Shown here: positions 1 to 15,900 of the stretch, in pieces | How positions within the stretch are numbered: the stretch's first letter is position 1 | How the letters are laid out: each line of letters opens with the position of its first letter | Source of the DNA: Eledone cirrhosa | Lineage: Eukaryota | Length of the DNA stretch: 64,000 nt | Direction of reading: 5' to 3' | Assembly (NCBI GenBank): GCA_964016885.1 | Contig: OZ024748.1 | Span: forward strand, 41,354,001 to 41,418,000 | The notes under the pieces: model-generated | The model's database searches: none | Seen by the model: only the letters and a program-made list of their open reading frames with translations | What the model was told of the DNA's origin: nothing | Position numbers and translations under genes: made by a program

Positions 1-2330
1 CACTGTCACCAACACCACCACTGTCACCACCACTGTCACCAACACCACCACTGTCACCAACACCACCACTGTCACCAACACCACCACTGTCACCAACACC
101 ACCACTGTCACCAACACTACCACTGTCACCAACACCACCACTGTCACCAACACCACCACTGTCTCCAACACCACCACTGTCACCAACACTACCACTGTCA
201 CCACCACTGTCACCAACACCACCACTGTCACCACCACTGTCTCCAACACCACCACTGTCACCAACACCACCACTGTCACCAACACTACCACTGTCACCAA
301 CACCACCATTGTCACCACCACCACTGTCACCAACGCCACCACTGTCACCACCACCACCACTGTCACCAACACCACCACTGTCACCACCACTGTCACCAAC
401 ACCACCACTGTCACCAACACCACCACTGTCACCAACACTACCACTGTCACCAACACCACCACTGTCACCAACACCACCACTGTCTCCAACACCACCACTG
501 TCACCAACACCACCACTGTCACCACCACTGTCACCAACACCACCACTGTCACCAACACCACCACTGTCACCACCACTGTCACCAACACCACCACTGTCAC
601 CACCACTGTCACCAACACCAGCACTGTCACCAACACCACCACTGTCACCAACACCACCACTGTCACCAACACTACCACTGTCACCAACACCACCACTGTC
701 ACCAACACCACCACTGTCTCCAACACCACCACTGTCACCAACACCACCACTGTCACCAACACCACCACTGTCACCAACACCACCACTGTCACCAACACCA
801 CCACTGTCACCAACACTACCACTGTCACCACCACTGTCTCCAACACCACCACTGTCACCAACACCACCACTGTCACCAACACCACCACTGTCACCACCAC
901 TGTCACCACCACCACCACTGTCACCACCACTGTCACCAACACCACCACTGTCACCAACACCACCACTGTCACCAACACCACCACTGTCACCAACACTACC
1001 ACTGTCACCACCACTGTCTCCAACACCACCACTGTCACCAACACCACCACTGTCACCAACACCACCACTGTCACCAACACCACCACTGTCACCAACACTA
1101 CCACTGTCACCACCACCACCACTGTCTCCAACATCACCACTGTCACCAACACCACCACTGTCACCAACACCATCACTGTCACCAACACCACCACTGTCAC
1201 CAACACCACCACTGTCACCAACACTACCACTGTCACCACCACCACCACTGTCTCCAACACCACCACTGTCACCAACACCACCACTGTCACCAACACCACC
1301 ACTGTCACCAACACCACCACTGTCACCAACACCACCAATGTCACCAACACCAACACTGTCACCAACACCACCACTGTCTCCAACACCACCACTGTCAACA
1401 ACACCACCACTGTCACCACCACTGTCACCAACACCACCACTGTCACCAACACCACCACTGTCAACAACACCACCACTGTCACCAACACCACCACTGTCAC
1501 CAACACCACCACTGTCACCAACACCACCACTGTCACCAACACTACCACTGTCACCAACACCACCACTGTCACCAGCACCACCACTGTCTCCAACACCACC
1601 ACTGTCACCAACACTACCACTGTCACCACCACCACCACTGTCTCCAACACCACCACTGTCACCAACACCACCACTGTCACCAACACCACCACTGTCACCA
1701 ACACCACCACTGTCACCAACACCACCAATGTCACCAACACCAACACTGTCACCAACACCACCACTGTCTCCAACACCACCACTGTCAACAACACCACCAC
1801 TGTCACCACCACTGTCACCAACACCACCACTGTCACCAACACCACCACTGTCACCAACACCACCATTGTCACCAACACCACCACTGTCACCAACACCACC
1901 ACTGTCACCAACACCACCACTGTCACCAACACCACCACTGTCACCAACACTACCACTGTCACCAACACCACCACTGTCACCAACACCACCACTGTCTCCA
2001 ACACCACCACTGTCACCAACACTACCACTGTCACCACCACTGTCACCAACGCCACCACTGTCACCAACACCACCACTGTCACCACCACTGTCACCAACAC
2101 CACCACTGTCACAAACACCACCACTGTCACCAACACCACCACTGTCACCAACACCACCACTGTCACCAACACCACCACTGTCACCAACACTACCACTGTC
2201 ACCAACACCACCATTGTCACCACCACCACCACTGTCACCAACGCCACCACTGTCACCACCACCACCACTGTCACCAACACCACCACTGTCACCACCACTG
2301 TCACCAACACCACCACTGTCACCAACACCA

Positions 2331-2530
2331 NNNNNNNNNNNNNNNNNNNNNNNNNNNNNNNNNNNNNNNNNNNNNNNNNNNNNNNNNNNNNNNNNNNNNN
2401 NNNNNNNNNNNNNNNNNNNNNNNNNNNNNNNNNNNNNNNNNNNNNNNNNNNNNNNNNNNNNNNNNNNNNNNNNNNNNNNNNNNNNNNNNNNNNNNNNNNN
2501 NNNNNNNNNNNNNNNNNNNNNNNNNNNNNN
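2331..2530. other. Assembly gap (exactly 200 N)
   Basis: Run of 200 n characters; the round size is typical of a scaffolding or curation spacer. Confidence 0.99.
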
Positions 2531-3989
2531 AACACCACCACTGTCACCAACACTACCACTGTCACCAACACCACCACTGTCACCAACACCACCACTGTCT
2601 CCAACACCACCACTGTCACCAACACCACCACTGTCACCACCACTGTCACCAACACCACCACTGTCACCAACACCACCACTGTCACCAACACCACCACTGT
2701 CACCACCACTGTCACCAACACCACCACTGTCACCACCACTGTCACCAACACCACCACTGTCACCAACACCACCACTGTCACCAACACCACCACTGTCACC
2801 AACACTACCACTGTCACCAACACCACCACTGTCACCAACACCACCACTGTCTCCAACACCACCACTGTCACCAACACCACCACTGTCACCAACACCACCA
2901 CTGTCACCAACACCACCACTGTCACCAACACCACCACTGTCACCAACACTACCACTGTCACCACCACTGTCTCCAACACCACCACTGTCACCAACACCAC
3001 CACTGTCACCAACACCACCACTGTCACCACCACTGTCACCACCACCACCACTGTCACCACCACTGTCACCAACACCACCACTGTCACCAACACCACCACT
3101 GTCACCAACACTACCACTGTCACCACCACTGTCACCAACACCACCACTGTCACCAACACCACCACTGTCACCAACACCACCACTGTCACCAACACCACCA
3201 CTGTCACCAACACTACCACTGTCACCACCACCACCACTGTCTCCAACATCACCACTGTCACCAACACCACCACTGTCACCAACACCATCACTGTCACCAA
3301 CACCACCACTGTCACCACACCACCACTGTCACCAACACCACCACTGTCACCAACACCACCACTGTCACCAACACTACCACTGTCACCACCACCACCACTG
3401 TCTCCAACACCACCACTGTCACCAACACCACCACTGTCACCAACACCACCACTGTCACCAACACCACCACTGTCACCAACACCACCAATGTCACCAACAC
3501 CAACACTGTCACCAACACCACCACTGTCTCCAACACCACCACTGTCAACAACACCACCACTGTCACCACCACTGTCACCAACACCACCACTGTCACCAAC
3601 ACCACCACTGTCACCAACACCACCACTGTCACCAACACCACCACTGTCACCAACACCACCACTGTCACCAACACCACCACTGTCACCAACACCACCACTG
3701 TCACCAACACTACCACTGTCACCAACACCACCACTGTCACCAACACCACCACTGTCTCCAACACCACCACTGTCACCAACACTACCACTGTCACCACCAC
3801 CACCACTGTCTCCAACACCACCACTGTCACCAACACCACCACTGTCACCAACACCACCACTGTCACCAACACCACCACTGTCACCAACACCACCAATGTC
3901 ACCAACACCAACACTGTCACCAACACCACCACTGTCTCCAACACCACCACTGTCACCAACACCACCACTGTCACCAACACTACCACTGT

Positions 3990-6900
3990 CACCACCACTG
4001 TCTCCAACACCACCACTGTCACCAACACCACCACTGTCACCAACACCACCACTGTCACCACCACTGTCACCACCACCACCACTGTCACCACCACTGTCAC
4101 CAACACCACCACTGTCACCAACACCACCACTGTCACCAACACAGTCACCAACACTACCACTGTCACCACCACTGTCTCCAACACCACCACTGTCACCAAC
4201 ACCACCACTGTCACCAACACCACCACTGTCACCAACACCACCACTGTCACCAACACTACCACTGTCACCACCACCACCACTGTCTCCAACATCACCACTG
4301 TCACCAACACCACCACTGTCACCAACACCATCACTGTCACCAACACCACCACTGTCACCAACACCACCACTGTCACCAACACTACCACTGTCACCACCAC
4401 CACCACTGTCTCCAACACCACCACTGTCACCAACACCACCACTGTCACCAACACCACCACTATCACCAACACCACCACTGTCACCAACACCACCAATGTC
4501 ACCAACACCAACACTGTCACCAACACCACCACTGTCTCCAACACCACCACTGTCAACAACACCACCACTGTCACCACCACTGTCACCAACACCACCACTG
4601 TCACCAACACCACCACTGTCACCAACACCACCACTGTCACCAACACCACCACTGTCACCAACACCACCACTGTCACCAACACCACCACTGTCACCAACAC
4701 TGTCACAAACACCACCACTGTCACCAACACCACCACTGTCACCAACACCACCACTGTCACCAACACCACCACTGTCACCACCACTGTCACCAACACCACC
4801 ACTGTCACCAACACCACCACTGTCACCAACACCACCACTGTCACCAACACCACCACTGTCACCACCACTGTCACCAACACCACCACTGTCACCAACACCA
4901 CCACAGTCACCAACACCACCACTGTCACCAACACCACCACTGTCACCACCACTGTCACCAACACCACCACTGTCACCAACACCACCACTGTCACCAACAC
5001 CACCACTGTCACCAACACCACCACTGTCACCAACACCACCACTGTCACCACCACTGTCACGAACACCACCACTGTCACCAACACCACCACTGTCACCAAC
5101 ACCACCACAGTCACCAACACCACCACTGTCACCAACACCACCACTGTCACCACCACTGTCACCAACACCACCACTGTCACCAACACCACCACTGTCACCA
5201 CCACTGTCACCAACACCACCACTGTCACCACCACTGTCACCAACACCACCACTGTCACCAACACCACCACTGTCACCAACACCACCACTGTCACCAACAC
5301 TACCACTGTCACCACCACTGTCTCCAACACCACCACTGTCACCAACACCACCACTGTCACCAACACCACCACTGTCACCAACACTACCACTGTCACCACC
5401 ACTGTCACCAACACCACCACTGTCACCAACACCACCACTGTCTCCAACACCACCACTGTCACCAACACCACCACTGTCACCACCACTGTCACCAACACCA
5501 CCACTGTCACCAACACCACCACTGTCACCAACACCACCACTGTCACCAACACCACCACTGTCACCAACACTACCACTGTCACCAACACCACCACTGTCAC
5601 CAACACCACCACTGTCTCCAACACCACCACTGTCACCAACACTACCACTGTCACCACCACTGTCACCAACACCACCACTGTCACCACCACTGTCTCCAGC
5701 ACCACCACTGTCACCAACACCACCACTGTCACCAACACTACCACTGTCACCAACACCACCATTGTCACCACCACCACCACTGTCACCAACGCCACCACTG
5801 TCACCACCACCACCACTGTCACCAACACCACCACTGTCACCACCACTGTCACCAACACCACCACTGTCACCAACACCACCACTGTCACCAACACTACCAC
5901 TGTCACCAACACCACCACTGTCACCAACACCACCACTGTCTCCAACACCACCACTGTCACCAACACCACCACTGTCACCACCACTGTCACCAACACCAGC
6001 ACTGTCACCAACACCACCACTGTCACCAACACCACCACTGTCACCAACACTACCACTGTCACCAACACCACCACTGTCACCAACACCACCACTGTCTCCA
6101 ACACCACCACTGTCACCAACACCACCACTGTCACCAACACCACCACTGTCACCAACACCACCACTGTCACCAACGCCACCACTGTCACCAACACTACCAC
6201 TGTCACCACCACTGTCTCCAACACCACCACTGTCACCAACACCACCACTGTCACCAACACCACCACTGTCACCAACACCACCACTGTCACCAACACTACC
6301 ACTGTCACCACCACCGTCTCCAACACCACCACTGTCACCAACACCACCACTGTCACCAACACCACCACTGTCTCCAACACCACCACTGTCACCAACACCA
6401 CCACTGTCACCAACACCACCACTGTCACCACCACTGTCACCACCACCACCACTGTCACCACCACTGTCACCAACACCACCACTGTCACCAACACCACCAC
6501 TGTCACCAACACAGTCACCAACACTACCACTGTCACCACCACTGTCTCCAACACCACCACTGTCACCAACACCACCACTGTCACCAACACCACCACTGTC
6601 ACCAACACCACCACTGTCACCAACACTACCACTGTCACCACCACCACCACTGTCTCCAACATCACCACTGTCACCAACACCACCACTGTCACCAACACCA
6701 TCACTGTCACCAACACCACCACTGTCACCAACACCACCACTGTCACCAACACTACCACTGTCACCACCACCACCACTGTCTCCAACACCACCACTGTCAC
6801 CAACACCACCACTGTCACCAACACCACCACTATCACCAACACCACCACTGTCACCAACACCACCAATGTCACCAACACCAACACTGTCACCAACACCACC

Positions 6901-8740
6901 ACTGTCTCCAACACCACCACTGTCAACAACACCACCACTGTCACCACCACTGTCACCAACACCACCACTGTCACCAACACCACCACTGTCACCAACACCA
7001 CCACTGTCACCAACACCACCACTGTCACCAACACCACCACTGTCACCAACACCACCACTGTCACCAACACTGTCACAAACACCACCACTGTCACCAACAC
7101 CACCACTGTCACCAACACCACCACTGTCACCAACACCACCACTGTCACCACCACTGTCACCAACACCACCACTGTCACCAACACCACCACTGTCACCAAC
7201 ACCACCACTGTCACCAACACCACCACTGTCACCACCACTGTCACCAACACCACCACTGTCACCAACACCACCACAGTCACCAACACCACCACTGTCACCA
7301 ACACCACCACTGTCACCACCACTGTCACCAACACCACCACTGTCACCAACACCACCACTGTCACCAACACCACCACTGTCACCAACACCACCACTGTCAC
7401 CAACACCACCACTGTCACCACCACTGTCACGAACACCACCACTGTCACCAACACCACCACTGTCACCAACACCACCACAGTCACCAACACCACCACTGTC
7501 ACCAACACCACCACTGTCACCACCACTGTCACCAACACCACCACTGTCACCAACACCACCACTGTCACCACCACTGTCACCAACACCACCACTGTCACCA
7601 CCACTGTCACCAACACCACCACTGTCACCAACACCACCACTGTCACCAACACCACCACTGTCACCAACACTACCACTGTCACCACCACTGTCTCCAACAC
7701 CACCACTGTCACCAACACCACCACTGTCACCAACACCACCACTGTCACCAACACTACCACTGTCACCACCACTGTCACCAACACCACCACTGTCACCAAC
7801 ACCACCACTGTCTCCAACACCACCACTGTCACCAACACCACCACTGTCACCACCACTGTCACCAACACCACCACTGTCACCAACACCACCACTGTCACCA
7901 ACACCACCACTGTCACCAACACCACCACTGTCACCAACACTACCACTGTCACCAACACCACCACTGTCACCAACACCACCACTGTCTCCAACACCACCAC
8001 TGTCACCAACACTACCACTGTCACCACCACTGTCACCAACACCACCACTGTCACCACCACTGTCTCCAGCACCACCACTGTCACCAACACCACCACTGTC
8101 ACCAACACTACCACTGTCACCAACACCACCATTGTCACCACCACCACCACTGTCACCAACGCCACCACTGTCACCACCACCACCACCACTGTCACCAACA
8201 CCACCACTGTCACCACCACTGTCACCAACACCACCACTGTCACCAACACCACCACTGTCACCAACACTACCACTGTCACCAACACCACCACTGTCACCAA
8301 CACCACCACTGTCTCCAACACCACCACTGTCACCAACACCACCACTGTCACCACCACTGTCACCAACACCAGCACTGTCACCAACACCACCACTGTCACC
8401 AACACCACCACTGTCACCAACACTACCACTGTCACCAACACCACCACTGTCACCAACACCACCACTGTCTCCAACACCACCACTGTCACCAACACCACCA
8501 CTGTCACCAACACCACCACTGTCACCAACACCACCACTGTCACCAACACCACCACTGTCACCAACACTACCACTGTCACCACCACTGTCTCCAACACCAC
8601 CACTGTCACCAACACCACCACTGTCACCAACACCACCACTGTCACCAACACCACCACTGTCACCAACACTACCACTGTCACCACCACCGTCTCCAACACC
8701 ACCACTGTCACCAACACCACCACTGTCACCAACACCACCA
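3990..8740. repeat. Tandem duplication of a ~2.37-kb block within the array (2 copies, boundaries approximate)
   Basis: Rare variants recur at a 2370-bp offset: ACAGTC 4141/6511, TATCACC 4461/6831, GAACACC 5061/7431, TGTCTCCAGC 5691/8061. CCGT at 6314/8687 is offset 2373 after one extra ACC. Confidence 0.9.
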
Positions 8741-11279
8741 CTGTCACCAACACCACCACTGTCACCAACACTACCACTGTCACCACCACCACCACTGTCT
8801 CCAACATCACCACTGTCACCAACACCACCACTGTCACCAACACCATCACTGTCACCAACACCACCACTGTCACCAACACCACCACTGTCACCAACACTAC
8901 CACTGTCACCACCACCACCACTGTCTCCAACACCACCACTGTCACCAACACCACCACTGTCACCAACACCACCACTGTCAGCAACACCACCACTGTCACC
9001 AACACCACCAATGTCACCAACACCAACACTGTCACCAACACCACCACTGTCTCCAACACCACCACTGTCAACAACACCACCACTGTCACCACCACTGTCA
9101 CCAACACCACCACTGTCACCAACACCACCACTGTCACCAACACCACCACTGTCACCAACACCACCACTGTCACCAACACCACCACTGTCACCAACACCAC
9201 CACTGTCACCAACACTACCACTGTCACCAACACCACCACTGTCACCAACACCACCACTGTCTCCAACACCACCACTGTCACCAACACTACCACTGTCACC
9301 ACCACCACCACTGTCTCCAACACCACCACTGTCACCAACACCACCACTGTCACCAACACCACCACTGTCACCAACACCACCACTGTCACCAACACCACCA
9401 ATGTCACCAACACCAACACTGTCACCAACACCACCACTGTCTCCAACACCACCACTGTCAACAACACCACCACTGTCACCACCACTGTCACCAACACCAC
9501 CACTGTCACCAACACCACCACTGTCACCAACACCACCACTGTCACCAACACCACCACTGTCACCAACACCACCACTGTCACCAACACCACCACTGTCACC
9601 AACACTACCACTGTCACCAACACCACCACTGTCACCAACACCACCACTGTCTCCAACACCACCACTGTCACCAACACTACCACTGTCACCACCACTGTCA
9701 CCAACACCACCACTGTCACCAACACCACCACTGTCACCACCACTGTCACCAACACCACCACTGTCACAAACACCACCACTGTCACCAACACCACCACTGT
9801 CACCAACACTACCACTGTCACCAACACCACCATTGTCACCACCACCACCACTGTCACCAACGCCACCACTGTCACCACCACCACCACTGTCACCAACACC
9901 ACCACTGTCACCACCACTGTCACCAACACCACCACTGTCACCAACACCACCACTGTCACCAACACTACCACTGTCACCAACACCACCACTGTCACCAACA
10001 CCACCACTGTCTCCAACACCACCACTGTCACCAACACCACCACTGTCACCACCACTGTCACCAACACCACCACTGTCACCAACACCACCACTGTCACCAA
10101 CACTACCACTGTCACCACCACTGTCACCAACACCACCACTGTCACCAACACCACCACTGTCACCAACACCACCACTGTCACCAACACCACCACTGTCACC
10201 AACACTACCACTGTCACCAACACCACCACTGTCACCAACACCACCACTGTCTCCAACACCACCACTGTCACCAACACCACCACTGTCACCAACACCACCA
10301 CTGTCACCAACACCACCACTGTCACCAACACCACCACTGTCACCAACACTACCACTGTCACCACCACTGTCTCCAACACCACCACTGTCACCAACACCAC
10401 CACTGTCACCAACACCACCACTGTCACCACCACTGTCACCACCACCACCACTGTCACAACCACTGTCACCAACACCACCACTGTCACCAACACCACCACT
10501 GTCACCAACACCACCACTGTCACCAACACTACCACTGTCACCACCACTGTCTCCAACACCACCACTGTCACCAAAACCACCACTGTCACCAACACCACCA
10601 CTGTCACCAACACCACCACTGTCACCAACACTACCACTGTCACCACCACCACCACTGTCTCCAACATCACCACTGTCACCAACACCACCACTGTCACCAA
10701 CACCATCACTGTCACCAACACCACCACTGTCACCAACACCACCACTGTCACCAACACCACCACTGTCACCAACACCACCACTGTCACCAACACTACCACT
10801 GTCACCACCACCACCACTGTCTCCAACACCACCACTGTCACCAACACCACCACTGTCACCAACACCACCACTGTCACCAACACCACCACTGTCACCAACA
10901 CCACCAATGTCACCAACACCAACACTGTCACCAACACCACCACTGTCTCCAACACCACCACTGTCAACAACACCACCACTGTCACCACCACTGTCACCAA
11001 CACCACCACTGTCACCAACACCACCACTGTCACCAACACCACCACTGTCACCAACACCACCACTGTCACCAACACCACCACTGTCACCAACACCACCACT
11101 GTCACCAACACTACCACTGTCACCAACACCACCACTGTCACCAACACCACCACTGTCTCCAACACCACCACTGTCACCAACACTACCACTGTCACCACCA
11201 CCACCACTGTCTCCAACACCACCACTGTCACCAACACCACCACTGTCACCAACACCACCACTGTCACCAACACCACCAC

Positions 11280-14200
11280 TGTCACCAACACCACCAATGT
11301 CACCAACACCAACACTGTCACCAACACCACCACTGTCTCCAACACCACCACTGTCAACAACACCACCACTGTCACCACCACTGTCACCAACACCACCACT
11401 GTCACCAACACCACCACTGTCACCAACACCACCACTGTCACCAACACCACCACTGTCACCAACACCACCACTGTCACCAACACTACCACTGTCACCAACA
11501 CCACCACTGTCACCAACACCACCACTGTCTCCAACACCACCACTGTCACCAACACTACCACTGTCACCACCACTGTCACCAACGCCACCACTGTCACCAA
11601 CACCACCACTGTCACCACCACTGTCACCAACACCACCACTGTCACAAACACCACCACTGTCACCAACACCACCACTGTCACCAACACCACCAATGTCACC
11701 AACACTACCACTGTCACCAACACAACCACTGTCTCCAACACCACCACTGTCACCAACACCACCACTGTCACTACCACAGTCACCAACACCACCACTGTCA
11801 CCAACACCACCACTGTCACCAACACCACCACTGTCACCACCACTGTCACCAACACCACCACTGTCACCAACACCACCACTGTCACCAACACCACCACTGT
11901 CACCAACACTACCACTGTCACAAACACCACCACTGTCACCAACATCACCACTGTCTCCAACACCACCACTGTCACCAACACCACCACTGTCACCAACACT
12001 ACCACTGTCAGCAACACCACCACTGTCACCAACATCACCACTGTCTCCAACACCACCACTGTCACCAACACCACCACTGTCACCAACACCACCACTGTCA
12101 CCAACACCACCACTGTCACCAACACCACCACTGTCACCAACACTACCACTGTCACCACCACTGTCTCCAACACCACCACTGTCACCAACACCACCACTAC
12201 CACTGTCACCACCACTGTCTCCAACACCACCACTGTCACCAACACCACCACTGTCACCAACACCACCACTGTCTCCAACACCACCATTGTCACCAACACC
12301 ACCACTGTCACCAACACCACCACTGTCACCAACACCACCACTGTCACCAACACCACCACTGTCTCCAACACCACCACTGTCTCCAACACCACCACTGTCA
12401 CCAACACCACCACTGTCACCACCACTGTCACCAACACCACCACTGTCACCAACACCACCACTGTCACCAACACCACCACTGTCTCCAACACCACCACTGT
12501 AACCAACACCACCACTGTCACCACCACTGTCACCAACACCACCACTGTCACCAACACCACCACTGTCACCACCACTGTCACCAACACCACCACTGTCACC
12601 AACACCACCACTGTCACCAACACCACCACTGTCACCACCACTGTCACCAACACCACCACTGTCACCAACACCACCACTGTCACCAACACTACCACTGTGA
12701 CCAACACCACCACTGTCACCACCACCACCACTGTCACCAACACCACCACTGTCACCAACACTACCACTGTCACCAACACCACCACTGTCACCAACACTAC
12801 CACTGTCACCACCACTGTCACCAACACCACCACTGTCACCAACACCACCACTGTCACCAACACCACCACTGTCACCAACACCACCACTGTCACCAACACT
12901 ACCACTGTCACCACCACTGTCACCAACACCACCACTGTCACCAACACCACCACTGTCACCACCACTGTCACCAACACCACCACTGTCACCACCACTGTCA
13001 CCAACACCACCACTGTCACCAACACTACCACTGTGACCAACACCAACACTGTCACCACCACCACCACTGTCACCAACACCACCACTGTCACCAACACTAC
13101 CACTGTCACCAACACCACCACTGTCACCAACACTACCACTGTCATCACCACTGTCACCAACACCACCACTGTCACCAACACCACCACTGTCTCCAACACT
13201 ACCACTGTCACCAACACCACCACTGTCACCAACACCACCACTGTCACCAACACTACCACTGTCACCACCACTGTCACCAACACTACCACTGTCACCACCA
13301 CTGTCACCAACACTACCACTGTCACCACCACCACCACTGTCTCCAACACCACCACTGTCACCAACACCACCACTGTCTCCAACACCACCATTGTCACCAA
13401 CACCACCACTGTCACCAACACCACCACTGTCACCAACACTACCACTGTCACCACCACTGTCACCAACACCACCACTGTCACCAACACTACCACTGTCACC
13501 ACCACTGTCACCAACACCACTACTGTCACCACCATGGCACCAACACTACCACTGAAACCACCACCACCACTGTCTCCAACACTACCACTGTCACCAACAC
13601 CACCACTGTCACCAACACCACCACTGTCACCAACACCACCAATGTCACCAACACCAACACTGTCACCAACACCACCACTGTCTCCAACACCACCACTGTC
13701 AACAACACCACCACTGTCACCACCACTGTCACCAACACCACCACTGTCACCAACACCACCACTGTCACCAACACCACCACTGTCACCAACACCACCACTG
13801 TCACCAACACCACCACTGTCACCAACACTACCACTGTCACCAACACCACCACTGTCACCAACACCACCACTGTCTCCAACACCACCACTGTCACCAACAC
13901 TACCACTGTCACCACCACTGTCACCAACGCCACCACTGTCACCAACACCACCACTGTCACCACCACTGTCACCAACACCACCACTGTCACAAACACCACC
14001 ACTGTCACCAACACCACCACTGTCACCAACACCACCAATGTCACCAACACTACCACTGTCACCAACACAACCACTGTCTCCAACACCACCACTGTCACCA
14101 ACACCACCACTGTCACTACCACAGTCACCAACACCACCACTGTCACCAACACCACCACTGTCACCAACACCACCACTGTCACCACCACTGTCACCAACAC

Positions 14201-15900
14201 CACCACTGTCACCAACACCACCACTGTCACCAACACCACCACTGTCACCAACACTACCACTGTCACAAACACCACCACTGTCACCAACATCACCACTGTC
14301 TCCAACACCACCACTGTCACCAACACCACCACTGTCACCAACACTACTACTGTCAGCAACACCACCACTGTCACCAACATCACCACTGTCTCCAACACCA
14401 CCACTGTCACCAACACCACCACTGTCACCAACACCACCACTGTCACCAACACCACCACTGTCACCAACACCACCACTGTCACCAACACTACCACTGTCAC
14501 CACCACTGTCTCCAACACCACCACTGTCACCAACACCACCACTACCACTGTCACCACCACTGTCTCCAACACCACCACTGTCACCAACACCACCACTGTC
14601 ACCAACACCACCACTGTCTCCAACACCACCATTGTCACCAACACCACCACTGTCACCAACACCACCACTGTCACCAACACCACCACTGTCACCAACACCA
14701 CCACTGTCTCCAACACCACCACTGTCACCAACACCACCACTGTCACCACCACTGTCACCAACACCACCACTGTCACCAACACCACCACTGTCACCAACAC
14801 CACCACTGTCTCCAACACCACCACTGTAACCAACACCACCACTGTCACCACCACTGTCACCAACACCACCACTGTCACCAACACCACCACTGTCACCACC
14901 ACTGTCACCAACACCACCACTGTCACCAACACCACCACTGTCACCAACACCACCACTGTCACCACCACTGTCACCAACACCACCACTGTCACCAACACCA
15001 CCACTGTCACCAACACTACCACTGTGACCAACACCACCACTGTCACCACCACCACCACTGTCACCAACACCACCACTGTCACCAACACTACCACTGTCAC
15101 CAACACCACCACTGTCACCAACACTACCACTGTCACCACCACTGTCACCAACACCACCACTGTCACCAACACCACCACTGTCACCAACACCACCACTGTC
15201 ACCAACACCACCACTGTCACCAACACTACCACTGTCACCACCACTGTCACCAACACCACCACTGTCACCAACACCACCACTGTCACCACCACTGTCACCA
15301 CCACTGTCACCAACACCACCACTGTCACCACCACTGTCACCAACACCACCACTGTCACCAACACTACCACTGTGACCAACACCAACACTGTCACCACCAC
15401 CACCACTGTCACCAACACCACCACTGTCACCAACACTACCACTGTCACCAACACCACCACTGTCACCAACACTACCACTGTCATCACCACTGTCACCAAC
15501 ACCACCACTGTCACCAACACCACCACTGTCTCCAACACTACCACTGTCACCAACACCACCACTGTCACCAACACCACCACTGTCACCAACACTACCACTG
15601 TCACCACCACTGTCACCAACACTACCACTGTCACCACCACCACCACTGTCTCCAACACCACCACTGTCACCAACACCACCACTGTCTCCAACACCACCAT
15701 TGTCACCAACACCACCACTGTCACCAACACCACCACTGTCACCAACACTACCACTGTCACCACCACTGTCACCAACACCACCACTGTCACCAACACTACC
15801 ACTGTCACCACCACTGTCACCAACACCACTACTGTCACCACCATGGCACCAACACTACCACTGAAACCACCACCACCACTGTCTCCAACACTACCACTGT
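11280..15900. repeat. Tandem duplication of a ~2.3-kb block within the array (2 copies, boundaries approximate)
   Basis: GTAACC at 12499/14826 and ACCATGGCACC with ATG at 13534/15843. GTCATCACC, GTCAGCAAC and ACCACTACCACT variants occur in the same order in both copies. Confidence 0.9.
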
